Positions 9,836-19,650 are shown, counted from the stretch's first letter. The stretch: 27,438 nt of DNA from Sulfurimonadaceae bacterium (GCA_041571435.1 JBFFUI010000032.1:1-27438); one strand, 5' to 3'. The notes: a model not told the origin generated them from the letters alone. Translations and numbers: made by a program.

Positions 9836-11548
9836 CTACTTGATATACCGCTTCTGTTTTGACGCTTTGATCATCTTTCTATCCACTAAAATATAGCCAT
9901 CAACACAATCATTAAAATCGTTGTCTATACCAAAATCAAAAAAAGTAACACCGCCCTCTTCACAAAGATCCGCATATTGTTTGAAGAGTGTCGGTACATT
10001 CACGTTGAAAGCAGAGAGATAATTTTTGAGCTGCATAAAAGCAACTTTATAATCATTGTCATCAAACAGTTCATCAAACTCTTTAATGGTGTTTTTAGAG
10101 AGCTTGTATGGTGATCGTGCATAGAGAGATTGCTCATGCGGTGGAAAGAAACGACTGTAAAAATAGACCAAAGCATCTCTTGCATTGGTAGGGTAAGTGG
10201 CACTGATACTCACCGGTCCCATCATGTAACGTATCTGCGGATTGTGATACAGATAAGCACCGATACCCTGCCAAAGATAATCAAGAGCACGCGTTCCCCA
10301 ATAGCGAGGCTGTACAAAACTGCGACCTAACTCAACAGCCTCCATAAGGTATTTGTCATGTGATTCATCCATGTCGCACAGCTCATTCAAGTATAGACCT
10401 TCTTTACCGGCCCATGAAAGGATCCAGTTACACTCTCCAAAACGGTAGGCACCGACTATCTCAAGGTCCTGGTCATCCCATAGGATAAGATGCTGATAGT
10501 ATTCGTCATATCTGTCTAGGTCTTTTTGTCTGCCGCTACCCTCGCCCACTTTTCTAAAACTGTATTCACGTAGGCGTCCTATCTCACTCAAGAGAGTCGG
10601 GGCCTGATTGTGTTCAACGAGATAGATGATCTTGTTATCTGTCGTCATACCCAGTTTTTCAGCAGCTGCAAGTTCCTGTTTTATAATCTGACGGGATTCA
10701 GGGTGGGCAATACACTGCTCTGTTTTATAAATACCTTTTTTGCCTTTGCTAATTTTATAAAGGTGCTTTCTGAAGAGTTTTGCATGCTTTTTCAGAGAGA
10801 GATTCATACTTGAAATCGTCTGTTGCGAGATCAGTTCGCCGACGGTAAATTCTATAACACTGTCTCTTGTTTTCATCATCTCATGTGCTAACAGCATTGC
10901 ACCAAGCGGTTTGTAAAGCATTGATGCGGTATAAAATCCAAGACTATTCCGGGCATTGATATGGATCGGTAAGATGGGTGTTTGCGTACGTTTTGCAAAC
11001 TTTAGAAACCCTTTTTTCCATCGACTGTCCATAACACCATTTAGATTGGCGCGTGATACTTCACCGGCAGGAAAAAATATAACAAGTTCCTCGTTCTGAA
11101 GCGATTCTTCAATCGATTTTAGACTTGTTCTTGTCAATTTACCGCTAATATTGTCGACTGGTATGATAAGCTCTTCCAGAGGCTTGAGTTTCGAAAGAAG
11201 AACATTGGCAACAATCTTTATCTTTTTGTCTTGACGTACTGCAGTCAACATCTGTATCAAAACCAAAGCGTCGATGGCACCAAGAGGATGGTTGGCAACA
11301 ACAATACATTTTCCGAGAGAAGGAATGTTCAGTATCTCTCTGTTATCTGTCTTATAAGAGATGTTAAAGTGTTCCAGAACACTATGGACAAAAGCCAATC
11401 CCTTTTGAGGATGATCAGTCAAAAATTCGTTGATTTGCTGTTCATGGAAAAGAAGCTGTAGGAATGAGACAGTCGGTTTGGTGATGATTTTTGGGTACTG
11501 GAAGATTCCGGGATGCTCTTTTTGTAATATCCGCTCTACACTCAACAT
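9836..11548 (-). CDS. Bifunctional PlsC-type acyltransferase / GNAT N-acyltransferase (OlsF-like amino-lipid synthase, often annotated putative hemolysin)
   Basis: N-terminal NHPLGAID (HX4D) and FFPAGEVSR; C-terminal IGRLRE, VGAYR, ELGRSFV, LWQGIG. ATG 11548 chosen because GGAG lies 6 nt upstream; 11560 is an alternative; the ORF track extends to 11620. Confidence 0.85.
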   Translation of the reverse strand: MLSVERILQKEHPGIFQYPKIITKPTVSFLQLLFHEQQINEFLTDHPQKGLAFVHSVLEHFNISYKTDNREILNIPSLGKCIVVANHPLGAIDALVLIQMLTAVRQDKKIKIVANVLLSKLKPLEELIIPVDNISGKLTRTSLKSIEESLQNEELVIFFPAGEVSRANLNGVMDSRWKKGFLKFAKRTQTPILPIHINARNSLGFYTASMLYKPLGAMLLAHEMMKTRDSVIEFTVGELISQQTISSMNLSLKKHAKLFRKHLYKISKGKKGIYKTEQCIAHPESRQIIKQELAAAEKLGMTTDNKIIYLVEHNQAPTLLSEIGRLREYSFRKVGEGSGRQKDLDRYDEYYQHLILWDDQDLEIVGAYRFGECNWILSWAGKEGLYLNELCDMDESHDKYLMEAVELGRSFVQPRYWGTRALDYLWQGIGAYLYHNPQIRYMMGPVSISATYPTNARDALVYFYSRFFPPHEQSLYARSPYKLSKNTIKEFDELFDDNDYKVAFMQLKNYLSAFNVNVPTLFKQYADLCEEGGVTFFDFGIDNDFNDCVDGYILVDRKMIKASKQKRYIK

Positions 11549-11763
11549 GTGGTTCTCCATTTTACTAGTTATTAATGATATGAAAAGTGTAGAAGAGTTT
11601 GATTTCGCAACGGTTACCAATAGGTACTATTTATATTACAATATATATTTTTAATGTTATAAAATGTTATATATGTTCTATTCCCCATAATTAGGTAGTA
11701 CTTGGATATAAGTGTCTCCAAAACAAAGATATTTGATTGAATCATGATGAAAAAATCATGAAA

Positions 11764-11772
11764 ATTATAGCA
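11764..11772 (-). promoter_or_regulatory. Extended -10 promoter, probably for the acyltransferase
   Basis: Minus strand reads TGcTATAAT, about 215 nt upstream of the start. Confidence 0.5.
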
Positions 11773-12271
11773 GTGTGAAAAACTTTTTCTCTTTCTCTTG
11801 TTTTAAGTAATCATATGAATTTTCTTTGCTTATAATTCATTTTACGCCCCTATTTTAGGGCTCTAGACAGAGCATTTAAAAATTAATAGATTAAGCATAT
11901 GTTTATCTAAATCTAATCTGAAAGTGAGAAGAAATTTCTTAATTTGCCAAAATAATTTGATTTTTATTCACATCTTTTGCACAATGTGAAAATAAGACGT
12001 TTTAAGGCACTTTATCGTTCAGGCAAGTCATAGTATGAAAAAATTCTCTTAAGGCCTTCTCGTTTAAATATAGGCACTCAAAATTTAAGCTAAATATAAT
12101 TTTTTTCGGAAGATAACAGTAGAAATCTCAACGCATGGTTTTGACAGCCGTCTTTTTTAATGAGATATCAATATATCGATAGATCTCAAAAGTTTCAGTG
12201 ATGCTCGTAATAAAATATGACTGTAAAAATGTCAGTAGTGTATAAGATTAGTGTGTTACCATTGCAGACAT

Positions 12272-12310
12272 AAACGGTCTCCCTGGTGTGTTGACCGTTT
12301 TTCTCTATTT
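12272..12310 (+). terminator. Terminator-like hairpin with no annotated upstream gene
   Basis: AAACGGTC (12272-12279) and GACCGTTT (12293-12300), followed by a pyrimidine tract. Confidence 0.45.
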
Positions 12311-12390
12311 TCCCCTTCCCTAATATTATTTTACTTTCTATCTCTCTAATAGTTTCATGGTATGATTCTGCATATATAGGAGAGTGACTA

Positions 12391-12684
12391 ATGAAAAAAT
12401 TTATCGCTATTTTGGTTATTTTGGCATCTGTAATCGGAGTGCTGCGTCTTAACTTGCCGAGCAACTCTATTGATGCACAGATTCAGGAAGATCAAGAAGC
12501 AAGTTTTATGGAAAAAGCAGTGGCGGGCATGATGTTCAGTGATGTCATTGCAGATTGGCAGTATATTGATCTGGTTGTTGTCAAGTTTGCCTGTTCAGAG
12601 CGTCTGAACATGACCATGATAGCCTTGCCGTTCAAACGGTGGAAAAGCTATGATGCAAACGGTAGTATTTGTCAGGGCGATTAG
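12391..12684 (+). CDS. Hypothetical exported or membrane-anchored protein
   Basis: AGGAG RBS, MKKFIAILVIL N-terminus, two Cys; TGgTATGAT promoter-like sequence upstream. Confidence 0.7.
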   Translation: MKKFIAILVILASVIGVLRLNLPSNSIDAQIQEDQEASFMEKAVAGMMFSDVIADWQYIDLVVVKFACSERLNMTMIALPFKRWKSYDANGSICQGD

Positions 12685-12731
12685 AATGTTAATATATAAA
12701 GAGTGGGTCAGGACCAGCTAACTATAATGTG

Positions 12732-12980
12732 TTAGACCTGGTTGTAACGCTTGATAATCTTCTTAACGCGGTTTTTCAACTTACGCAGTGCGTCTGTGGC
12801 ATCTTTTCCATCAGCAGTCAGGTTGCCAAAGTCCACCTCTTCTTCAAACTGCACTTTGGCAATCCAGCCAATTTTCGAGTGATATTTGACACCGACAAAA
12901 CGTACCGCGCCGAAGTGCTCTTCACAAAGCTGGTGAATACGTAAAATACGGTCTGAATTGGTTTTTGTATCTGTTGCCAT
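12732..12980 (-). CDS. Small hypothetical protein (82 aa)
   Basis: AAGGA RBS, TACAAT upstream (13007-13012), basic C-terminal helix. Confidence 0.75.
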   Translation of the reverse strand: MATDTKTNSDRILRIHQLCEEHFGAVRFVGVKYHSKIGWIAKVQFEEEVDFGNLTADGKDATDALRKLKNRVKKIIKRYNQV

Positions 12981-13062
12981 AAAGTATCCTTAGATTGTAT
13001 GGCAATATTGTAGCCAAGAGAGGGTAACTTTGCGGTTAATAAGTGACTAAAAAAGTGGCACC

Positions 13063-13167
13063 CTACGCGTCGTTTTTCTCATTTGTGACGACATAGATGA
13101 TCCCACCGACACCGACAGCGACGACAACGATCAGAAAACCGACTTGTACCCAATCCAGTATGGTCAT
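13063..13167 (-). CDS. Small single-pass membrane protein (34 aa), absent from the ORF track
   Basis: [38 protein letters not shown] overlap with the rlmN stop; AAGGA RBS 6 nt upstream. Confidence 0.7.
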   Translation of the reverse strand: MTILDWVQVGFLIVVVAVGVGGIIYVVTNEKNDA

Positions 13168-14252
13168 AGTAAATCCTTCTTCTCATTCTCTTTGGTCTCT
13201 TTTAACTGGCCGCAGGCGGCACTGATATCGATACCCTTGGAGTCCCGAATGGTACATAATAGGCCGTGTTTCACGAGGTACTCCTGGAAGGCGACCATAT
13301 CGTCGCGGCTTGGGCGCTGATAATCGGAACCCGGGTAGGGGTTGAAGTAGATCAGGTTGACCTTGGCCTTGATGCCGCTGAGCAGTTTGACAAGCTGTTT
13401 TGCCGAGTGGATGTCGTCATTCTTGCCTTTGATAACAAGATACTCAAACATAACACGTTTGCGGGTGTCGATCGGGAAACGTTTGACGGCATCGATGATG
13501 GACTGGATGTTGTAGGCTTTGTTCATGGGAATGAGCTCGGTACGAAGCTCGTCATCTACAGCATGCAGAGAGATGGCGATATGGACACCCAGGTCGGCCT
13601 CTCCCAGTTTGTCGATCTTGGTGCTGATACCGCTTGTCGATACGGTCTGGCGCTTGCCGGAGATGGCGAGACCGTCCTCCTCCTTGAAGATCTTGATCGC
13701 CTGTGTCAGGTTGTCCAGGTTGTCAAGCGGTTCACCCATCCCCATGTAGACAATGTTGACACGGCGGTTTGAGGCGTGCTGGTTGTCTTTTTTGACGCTC
13801 AACACCTGTGCTACGATCTCACCAGCGGTCAGGTCACGGGTGAACCCCCCTTTTGCCGTCAAACAGAAGCTGCACCCTACTTTGCATCCTACCTGCGTGG
13901 AGACACAGACGGTGTGTTTTGACTCGTGGAGAAGCTTGCCCTCTTCGTCATATTGGGCGTCCTTCATCTTGAGCCATACCGTCTCTACGGTCTTGCCGTC
14001 CGGAAGTTCAAAAAGGTACTTTATCGTGCCGTCGGCAGACGTTTCTTTGTGCAGGATCTTGAGCGGGTTCAGGATAAATTTTTCGTTCAGCTCTTCGCGA
14101 AGGGCTTTGGGAAGGTTTTTCATCTCATCAAAGCTGTCGACATAGCTGTTGTAGATCCAGCCATAGATCTGTTTGGCCCTGAACGACGGTTTAACGAGGG
14201 ATTCGAGCTCTTTTTTGGTGTAATCGAGAATAGTCGGTTTTGTTGTTGACAC
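13164..14252 (-). CDS. rlmN: Dual-specificity 23S rRNA/tRNA m2A methyltransferase (radical SAM)
   Basis: CKVGCSFC CxxxCxxC, MGMGEP, SLHA, AACGQL. GTG 14252 has a GAGG RBS; ATG 14282 is an alternative start. Confidence 0.95.
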   Translation of the reverse strand: MSTTKPTILDYTKKELESLVKPSFRAKQIYGWIYNSYVDSFDEMKNLPKALREELNEKFILNPLKILHKETSADGTIKYLFELPDGKTVETVWLKMKDAQYDEEGKLLHESKHTVCVSTQVGCKVGCSFCLTAKGGFTRDLTAGEIVAQVLSVKKDNQHASNRRVNIVYMGMGEPLDNLDNLTQAIKIFKEEDGLAISGKRQTVSTSGISTKIDKLGEADLGVHIAISLHAVDDELRTELIPMNKAYNIQSIIDAVKRFPIDTRKRVMFEYLVIKGKNDDIHSAKQLVKLLSGIKAKVNLIYFNPYPGSDYQRPSRDDMVAFQEYLVKHGLLCTIRDSKGIDISAACGQLKETKENEKKDLL

Positions 14253-14351
14253 GGTCGCCTCGTCGTAATTGATTGGTGACATGATAGCGTATGAGGACTT
14301 TATAGGGGATGAAAAATACGATCGTAGCGCAGAGGCTTTGGTACCTCTGGA

Positions 14352-14894
14352 CTACTTTGTCGTCAACGCTTTGATACGTCTTTTCACATGCGCGCTCAAC
14401 AAGCTCTTGGCCTGTTCATGGTTTTTTAAAAAGTCCTCATGAGCGCTCTCGTTACAGTGGTTGGTAATACAAAAGACACCTCCGGCAGGAATGTCAAACT
14501 CCTGGGCGATGCGCAGGACACTGAAGAACTCCATATTCTCGATCTCGACACCAAAGTTCAGAAACTTTTTAACCAGCTCTGCGTCCGTGGAGATATAGTT
14601 TGAGGAGTTAACGATGATGTCTTTTGTTCCGTCTGTCTGAGTGCTGACAACGTTGTCCAGCGGGGTATAGGCCTTTTTTTCAAGAAATGCCAACTCAATG
14701 TTGGCGGCCGTTTTAGACTCTACGATGTCAAAGATGTTGTGTTTGCCATAAGAGCCGGCCGTACCGACAAAGAGTAGAAACTCCGGTTTATCGAAGAGGC
14801 AGAGCCGTGTCAGGTTCATCGCCGTTTCGATTAGCCCTACCCCCATGGGCACAGCAAAGTCAAAGGTCTCGTTATTGCCGGCGCAGATAATCAC
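14352..14894 (-). CDS. Nucleoside phosphorylase/hydrolase-like protein (PNP_UDP_1-type fold)
   Basis: [11 protein letters not shown] and ENME motifs; overlaps the hisF stop. Confidence 0.75.
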   Translation of the reverse strand: MIICAGNNETFDFAVPMGVGLIETAMNLTRLCLFDKPEFLLFVGTAGSYGKHNIFDIVESKTAANIELAFLEKKAYTPLDNVVSTQTDGTKDIIVNSSNYISTDAELVKKFLNFGVEIENMEFFSVLRIAQEFDIPAGGVFCITNHCNESAHEDFLKNHEQAKSLLSAHVKRRIKALTTK

Positions 14895-15649
14895 AGGCGC
14901 ACCGGTATGTGGTTTTCATGAAGGTAGTGTTTGAGATCCATAATGTCGATCTCTTTGTAGTGAAAAATGCTTGCTGCAAGGGCAGCATCGGCACCATGTT
15001 CAAACGCCTCTTTGATGTGTTCCATGGACCCTGCCCCGCCGCTGGCGATAATCGGTACATTGACCAGTTCGCTGATCTGCTGGGTGATCGGGATGTCAAA
15101 ACCCGCTTTGGTGCCGTCAGCGTCCATAGAGGTGAGCAGGATCTCCCCTGCTCCACGGTCTACGGCCTCTTTGGCCCAGTCGAGGGCATTGATACCGGTA
15201 TCGACACGTCCGCCGTTTAGATAGACATTGTACTGATTACCTGTCTTTTTGACATCGATCGCGACGACAATACATTGTGCACCGAAACGTTGTGCCCCTT
15301 CGTTGATAAGCTCAGGACGTTTGATTGCAGCAGAGTTGATGCTGACCTTGTCACAGCCTACGTTTAAAAGGGCATAGATGTCATCGAGTTTCCGGATACC
15401 GCCACCGACAGTGAGCGGGATAAAGACCTCTTGCGCCACTTTTTCAACGATGTCGACAATGGTGTCACGCCCTTCATGGGAAGCACCGATGTCCAGAAAA
15501 GTAATCTCGTCAGCACCCTCTTCATTATAGCGTTTTGCTACCTCTACGGGGTCTCCGGCATCTTTAAGTCCGACAAAGTTGACACCCTTGACAACGCGCC
15601 CGTCTTTGACATCAAGACACGGAATGATACGTTTTGCAAAATAATCCAT
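14891..15649 (-). CDS. hisF: Imidazole glycerol phosphate synthase cyclase subunit
   Basis: [51 protein letters not shown]. Confidence 0.97.
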   Translation of the reverse strand: MDYFAKRIIPCLDVKDGRVVKGVNFVGLKDAGDPVEVAKRYNEEGADEITFLDIGASHEGRDTIVDIVEKVAQEVFIPLTVGGGIRKLDDIYALLNVGCDKVSINSAAIKRPELINEGAQRFGAQCIVVAIDVKKTGNQYNVYLNGGRVDTGINALDWAKEAVDRGAGEILLTSMDADGTKAGFDIPITQQISELVNVPIIASGGAGSMEHIKEAFEHGADAALAASIFHYKEIDIMDLKHYLHENHIPVRL

Positions 15650-15790
15650 ACTGCTGCTTTTGTTTATGTAGTTATGTAATTATAGAGCAAATTCTCTTAA
15701 TACGGTTACACTGTTTGGCCATGCCTTTTTTTCTTAGTCTGCACTAAGAGAGATCAGGCTTGATTGGATACCGTTATAGGGGTATAATAA

Positions 15791-16018
15791 ATGAACAAGG
15801 AGAAATATATGGACGCTATACATCAAGAGCTGATAAGTCGTAAAAAAGAGATTCAGCTGGCAGTTGAGCTGCTGTTCAAAAGCAATATGAAGATAACAGA
15901 TTGGGATGTACCCGAAGCAGACGATAAAGAGGGTGCTAAGATACTGCTGGATATCATACAAGAGAAGATCGATTCCATACGAGAAGATGTCCAGGCGGGC
16001 AGATATAACAACTATTAA
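15791..16018 (+). CDS. Small hypothetical protein
   Basis: 75-aa helical ORF containing DWDVPE. An internal ATG (MDAIHQ) preceded by AAGGAG may be the true start. Confidence 0.7.
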   Translation: MNKEKYMDAIHQELISRKKEIQLAVELLFKSNMKITDWDVPEADDKEGAKILLDIIQEKIDSIREDVQAGRYNNY

Positions 16019-16027
16019 GGAGACAAT

Positions 16028-16240
16028 ATGAGTTCACACAAAGATCATACACATTTAGAGAAGATCAAAGATGCTGTCGAGAAGTCCGAACTGCTGAGTG
16101 AAGCAGAAAAATCGCAGACGATGCAGCATATTGATGAGTGGATATTGGAAGATAAGGCAGAAGGAACACTTTATCAGGAGCTCATCGAGTTGGCAAACGG
16201 CATCAAGCCGCTATTGGCAGAACTGGGGCTTATTAAATAG
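16028..16240 (+). CDS. Small acidic hypothetical protein
   Basis: AAGGAG RBS; helical; C-terminal LAELGL. Confidence 0.75.
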   Translation: MSSHKDHTHLEKIKDAVEKSELLSEAEKSQTMQHIDEWILEDKAEGTLYQELIELANGIKPLLAELGLIK

Positions 16241-16242
16241 CA

Positions 16243-16335
16243 ATGACAACCGTGCTTATACTTTTATTGGGCGGTTTGGCCGCGACAGTGCTGGGGCTCT
16301 ATTTTCTTTATGATATGCGTAAAAAGGAAAAATAG
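16243..16335 (+). CDS. Small single-pass membrane protein (30 aa), absent from the ORF track
   Basis: MTTVLILLLGGLAATVLGLYFLYDMRKKEK; starts 2 nt after the previous stop; hydrophobic helix plus basic tail. Confidence 0.55.
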   Translation: MTTVLILLLGGLAATVLGLYFLYDMRKKEK

Positions 16336-16373
16336 GGTCGACCGCGCGTTGACAGCATCGGGTAACGGATAAG

Positions 16374-17210
16374 ATGAGCTACCCATTGGCCTTGCTAGTG
16401 CTTTTTGGCAGTTTTGGGGCAGTGCTTGTTGGCGCCAATCTTTTCTATAATATACGTAACCGGCTACGTCTGCAAAAGATAGACGCACTTGATTTTCCGG
16501 AATCGTATACTAAAATACTTTCTAAAACACCGCATTACCTAAAACTACCCATTATCGACCAGAAAAAGCTGCAGCGTTCGATACTCCGTTTCATTCATAC
16601 CAAGGACTTTATAGGCGTCGGATTGGACGTGACGGATGAGATGAAAGTCATTATCGCTTTTTATGCCTGTCTGCTGCTGGTACATAAAGCGACAGAGAAC
16701 TGTTATGAAGCGCTTAAGACGATTATTATCTACCCGCATGCCGTTATGGTCAAAGAGGTCAAATCGGCAGGGGGTATCTATACCAGAGAGAAGTTTGTCA
16801 TTCAGGGCCAATCGGCAAATGATACGGTGGTCATCATCTGGCATGAGGCGAAAAAAGAGGCGTATCATCTGCGTCACAACAACGTCATCATTCATGAATT
16901 CGCACATGAGATTGATTATATGGACGGGTATATCGATGGGGTGCCGCCTCTGGAAAGGTCAAAATATGACGGTTGGACCAATATCTTTTATAAAGAGTTC
17001 AAGAAACTGAACAAGATCGCATTAAAAGACAGGGCGTGGGGAAAGTATAAACTGCTTGGGTCTTACGCTGCCAGCAATGAAGCTGAGTTCTTTGCCGTAG
17101 TTACCGAACGTTTTTTTGAGGCCCCTGCTTCACTGAAACATCATTTTCCAAATCTCTATAACGAGTTGGAAAGTTTTTATCAGATCGATACGGAAAAGCT
17201 TCTCTCCTGA
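16374..17210 (+). CDS. MtfA-like zinc metallopeptidase (M90 family)
   Basis: NVIIHEFAHEID (HExxH), YAASNEAEFFAV, FFEAP; N-terminal TM anchor. Confidence 0.88.
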   Translation: MSYPLALLVLFGSFGAVLVGANLFYNIRNRLRLQKIDALDFPESYTKILSKTPHYLKLPIIDQKKLQRSILRFIHTKDFIGVGLDVTDEMKVIIAFYACLLLVHKATENCYEALKTIIIYPHAVMVKEVKSAGGIYTREKFVIQGQSANDTVVIIWHEAKKEAYHLRHNNVIIHEFAHEIDYMDGYIDGVPPLERSKYDGWTNIFYKEFKKLNKIALKDRAWGKYKLLGSYAASNEAEFFAVVTERFFEAPASLKHHFPNLYNELESFYQIDTEKLLS

Positions 17211-17216
17211 TACAGA

Positions 17217-18074
17217 TTAAAAGTAGTAGCCCAAACGAACGGCACCGAAATGGTCACTTGCCGAATCACTCAACCCGTAGGCATAGCCCAGTGTCGCAAA
17301 CCACTGTTTGTTGATAGTGTAAAAGAGGTAGAACGAAGCGGTCTCAAGCGGTTCTACCCTCTCTTCAGCACCGGCTCGAACAAGTTTGTTGTAGATACTG
17401 TCACTGCGGTTGTATGCCAGACTAGTGTAGAGGCGGCTTGTCGGGTAGAAGCCTACGCCTATATTGAAAGCATTGGTGTTTTGGTAGCTGACGTCCACGG
17501 TTTCGGCGGAAGCGGTGTCCACGTAGCTGAAGTCGTCATCGTTGATCATCGTGTAGCTGTAGCTGCCAAAAAAACTGATGTTGTTCAGAAGGTAGCTCAG
17601 GCTTGCGGACACCGTATAGTCAAGGTTGTTGTTATCGGCGTCATAGGTCGGCAGAAGAAGTCCTCCGCCCGCACGCAGGTTTAAGGAAGGAAGCGGATTC
17701 AGCTGATAATAACCGCCCACAAAGGAGTCTGTCAGACCGCTGTCGCTGCTGATACTGCTCTCTGAACTGTAGTTGCCGCTAGAGGCTAGAAGCGAAAAGT
17801 TTTTATAGTAGTAGTCCGCCTGGATTGTGGCTGTAAGGGTGTCTGTTTTTTCTTCGGTAATCGGGTTGAGTTGCGAATAACTGGCGCCCAAAATAAGATC
17901 GAAATGGTGGTCACCCTCCAGCTTTTTGATGGTACAGCCATGCATATCCACCAGTTCGGTCAATGGAGTGTTCGGACAGCGGTCTATCGTATCGTCAACG
18001 CCGTCCAGATCGTAGTCACTGTAGGCCATCAGGCTCAGTGTACATAGTAAAAAAACAGAAAATGCTTTTTGCAT
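17217..18074 (-). CDS. Outer-membrane beta-barrel protein with an N-terminal Asp-rich thrombospondin-3-like motif
   Basis: Signal peptide; DYDLDGVDDTIDRCPNTP...VDMHGC; alternating aromatic strands; C-terminal GYYF. Confidence 0.75.
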   Translation of the reverse strand: MQKAFSVFLLCTLSLMAYSDYDLDGVDDTIDRCPNTPLTELVDMHGCTIKKLEGDHHFDLILGASYSQLNPITEEKTDTLTATIQADYYYKNFSLLASSGNYSSESSISSDSGLTDSFVGGYYQLNPLPSLNLRAGGGLLLPTYDADNNNLDYTVSASLSYLLNNISFFGSYSYTMINDDDFSYVDTASAETVDVSYQNTNAFNIGVGFYPTSRLYTSLAYNRSDSIYNKLVRAGAEERVEPLETASFYLFYTINKQWFATLGYAYGLSDSASDHFGAVRLGYYF

Positions 18075-18088
18075 TTATTCTCCATGAA

Positions 18089-18112
18089 GAGACCGCCTTT
18101 CGAGGTGGCCTC
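18089..18112 (-). terminator. Intercistronic stem-loop
   Basis: GAGGCCACCU-CGAA-AGGCGGUCUC (one mismatch) between the Gln-rich gene and the barrel gene; weak U tract. Confidence 0.5.
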
Positions 18113-18124
18113 ATTTGTCAAAAC

Positions 18125-18532
18125 TTATTTCTTGGACTGACCGGTGGAACTCTGGACCTGATTCATCTGTCGAACCTGGTTCATTTGCTGCAGTTGCTGC
18201 ATCTGCTGCGACTCTTGCATCTCATGCAAGCGACTGCGTTCCTGCGTCATAGTCCGTGTCTTTGCCTGTTCTGCTTTGGCATTTGCATCCTGTTCGTTCA
18301 GACGTTCCCGCGTCTGTATCTGTGTGCGAAGCTGTGTGATAGCCGCTTCACGTTCTGTCTCATTCATTGTCGCCAGACGCAGTTTAAACTGGTTCATCAG
18401 TTTAACACGTTCTTGTGCAGGAGCTTCTTTGATAGTCGTGATCTGATCATCAACACTGATATCGTCTGCCATACCTGCTGTTAATGTTCCGAGTAGCATC
18501 AATGCTGCTGCGCTTACTGTGATTGCTTTCAT
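18125..18532 (-). CDS. Secreted Gln/Met-rich coiled-coil hypothetical protein
   Basis: Signal peptide, AAGGA RBS, low-complexity tail MQESQQMQQLQQMNQVRQMNQVQ. Confidence 0.8.
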   Translation of the reverse strand: MKAITVSAAALMLLGTLTAGMADDISVDDQITTIKEAPAQERVKLMNQFKLRLATMNETEREAAITQLRTQIQTRERLNEQDANAKAEQAKTRTMTQERSRLHEMQESQQMQQLQQMNQVRQMNQVQSSTGQSKK

Positions 18533-18577
18533 CTATTATCCTTTAGGAGTATTGCTTGTCTGTTTTTTAACTGTTGC

Positions 18578-18609
18578 ATTGTCACATAGAAGTGTTAGTC
18601 GACTGTTAG
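18578..18609 (-). promoter_or_regulatory. Putative response-regulator box plus -10 for the Gln-rich gene
   Basis: Minus strand CTAACAGTCGAC-TAACACTTCT-atgt-GACAAT; same core as 20281-20311. Confidence 0.55.
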
Positions 18610-19650
18610 CGCTGAGAGGTTTAGTGCAAAGGTACTCCCTTTGTCCGCTTCGCTTGTAACGCTGATTCTGACCTTCAGTTCGTCACACAGTTTTTTAACG
18701 ATGTGGAGACCTATCCCTATGCCCCGTTCCTGTTCCTTGTAAAAACGCTCGAAGATACGTTTGGGGTTTTTGATCCCCTTGCCTGTATCGGTGATGTACA
18801 GGGTTGAACTACCCGGTTCGAAGGTCACGCTGACCGAACCGTTTGGACGGTTGTACTTTGCGGCATTGCTCAAAATGTTGTCGAGAATACGGGCGAATGC
18901 CTCGGGATTGGTACGGATCCTGCTCATTTTCATCGTCACATCAAAATCGATATTGGGGTAGATTCTGGAGAGTATGTCTACCCGCTGTGCAATAAAGCCT
19001 TTGAGCTCTATAACCTCTTTTTGATGCGCATGATCGTGAAGATAGGAGCGAAGGTTCTGCTGGAGGTCGAGTACCGTCTGGACACTCTGCTCTATACGTT
19101 TAACCTTGTCGTTGTCGCCGATCTCGCGTTGTAGCATCGCGCTGTTCAGACGCAGTGCCGCTAACGGGGTGTTGAAGTCGTGCAGGATATCCTTGATAAA
19201 CTCCTGGGTCAGCAGCAAGGCGTTGCGAAGCGGGTAGAGGGCATAGACGGAAAAGAGGCCTGAGATGATGAAGATAACGGCCAGAACCCATACAAACTCC
19301 CAGATTGCATCACTCTGCAAGGTACGCAGCTCGCGCTGATACTCTTCTGCAGGGAGATGCAGTGCCATCAGGTATTCATTGGCACCCGGGATCGGGAAGT
19401 AACTGCGCAGACCGGTCTCATCTTTATAAAGTGTGTAGCTCTCTTGATGTTCCACTGCTACAAAGTCGATCGTGAAACGTTCGCATTTAAGATCAAAACT
19501 GCAGAGGCGCATCTGTGTGAAGAGATGGTCATCAAGGTTTTTGACCTCTTTGGTGTAGTTGATGTAGAAGAGGGAACTGATCACGATGCTCAATGAGATA
19601 AAAAAGAGCAGGAAACTTTTTAAAAAGGACTCAATCTCAACGCGATTCAA
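18595..19650 (-). CDS. Sensor histidine kinase
   Basis: Two TM helices, H-box HDFNTPL, N-box NILSNAAKY, DTGKGI, GIGIGLHIVK. Confidence 0.95.
   Translation of the reverse strand: MNRVEIESFLKSFLLFFISLSIVISSLFYINYTKEVKNLDDHLFTQMRLCSFDLKCERFTIDFVAVEHQESYTLYKDETGLRSYFPIPGANEYLMALHLPAEEYQRELRTLQSDAIWEFVWVLAVIFIISGLFSVYALYPLRNALLLTQEFIKDILHDFNTPLAALRLNSAMLQREIGDNDKVKRIEQSVQTVLDLQQNLRSYLHDHAHQKEVIELKGFIAQRVDILSRIYPNIDFDVTMKMSRIRTNPEAFARILDNILSNAAKYNRPNGSVSVTFEPGSSTLYITDTGKGIKNPKRIFERFYKEQERGIGIGLHIVKKLCDELKVRISVTSEADKGSTFALNLSALTVD

Noticed and set aside
11620-12390. Possible oriC
   Set aside because: Only one or two DnaA-box-like sequences and no dnaA; oriC in this phylum normally flanks dnaA.
12195-12464. 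89-aa minus-strand ORF
   Set aside because: Overlaps the better supported plus-strand gene, lacks an RBS and shows no recognisable features.
18150-18230. Short tandem repeats, possible CRISPR or VNTR
   Set aside because: They encode the QMNQV/QQ low-complexity tail; no repeat-spacer structure and no cas genes.
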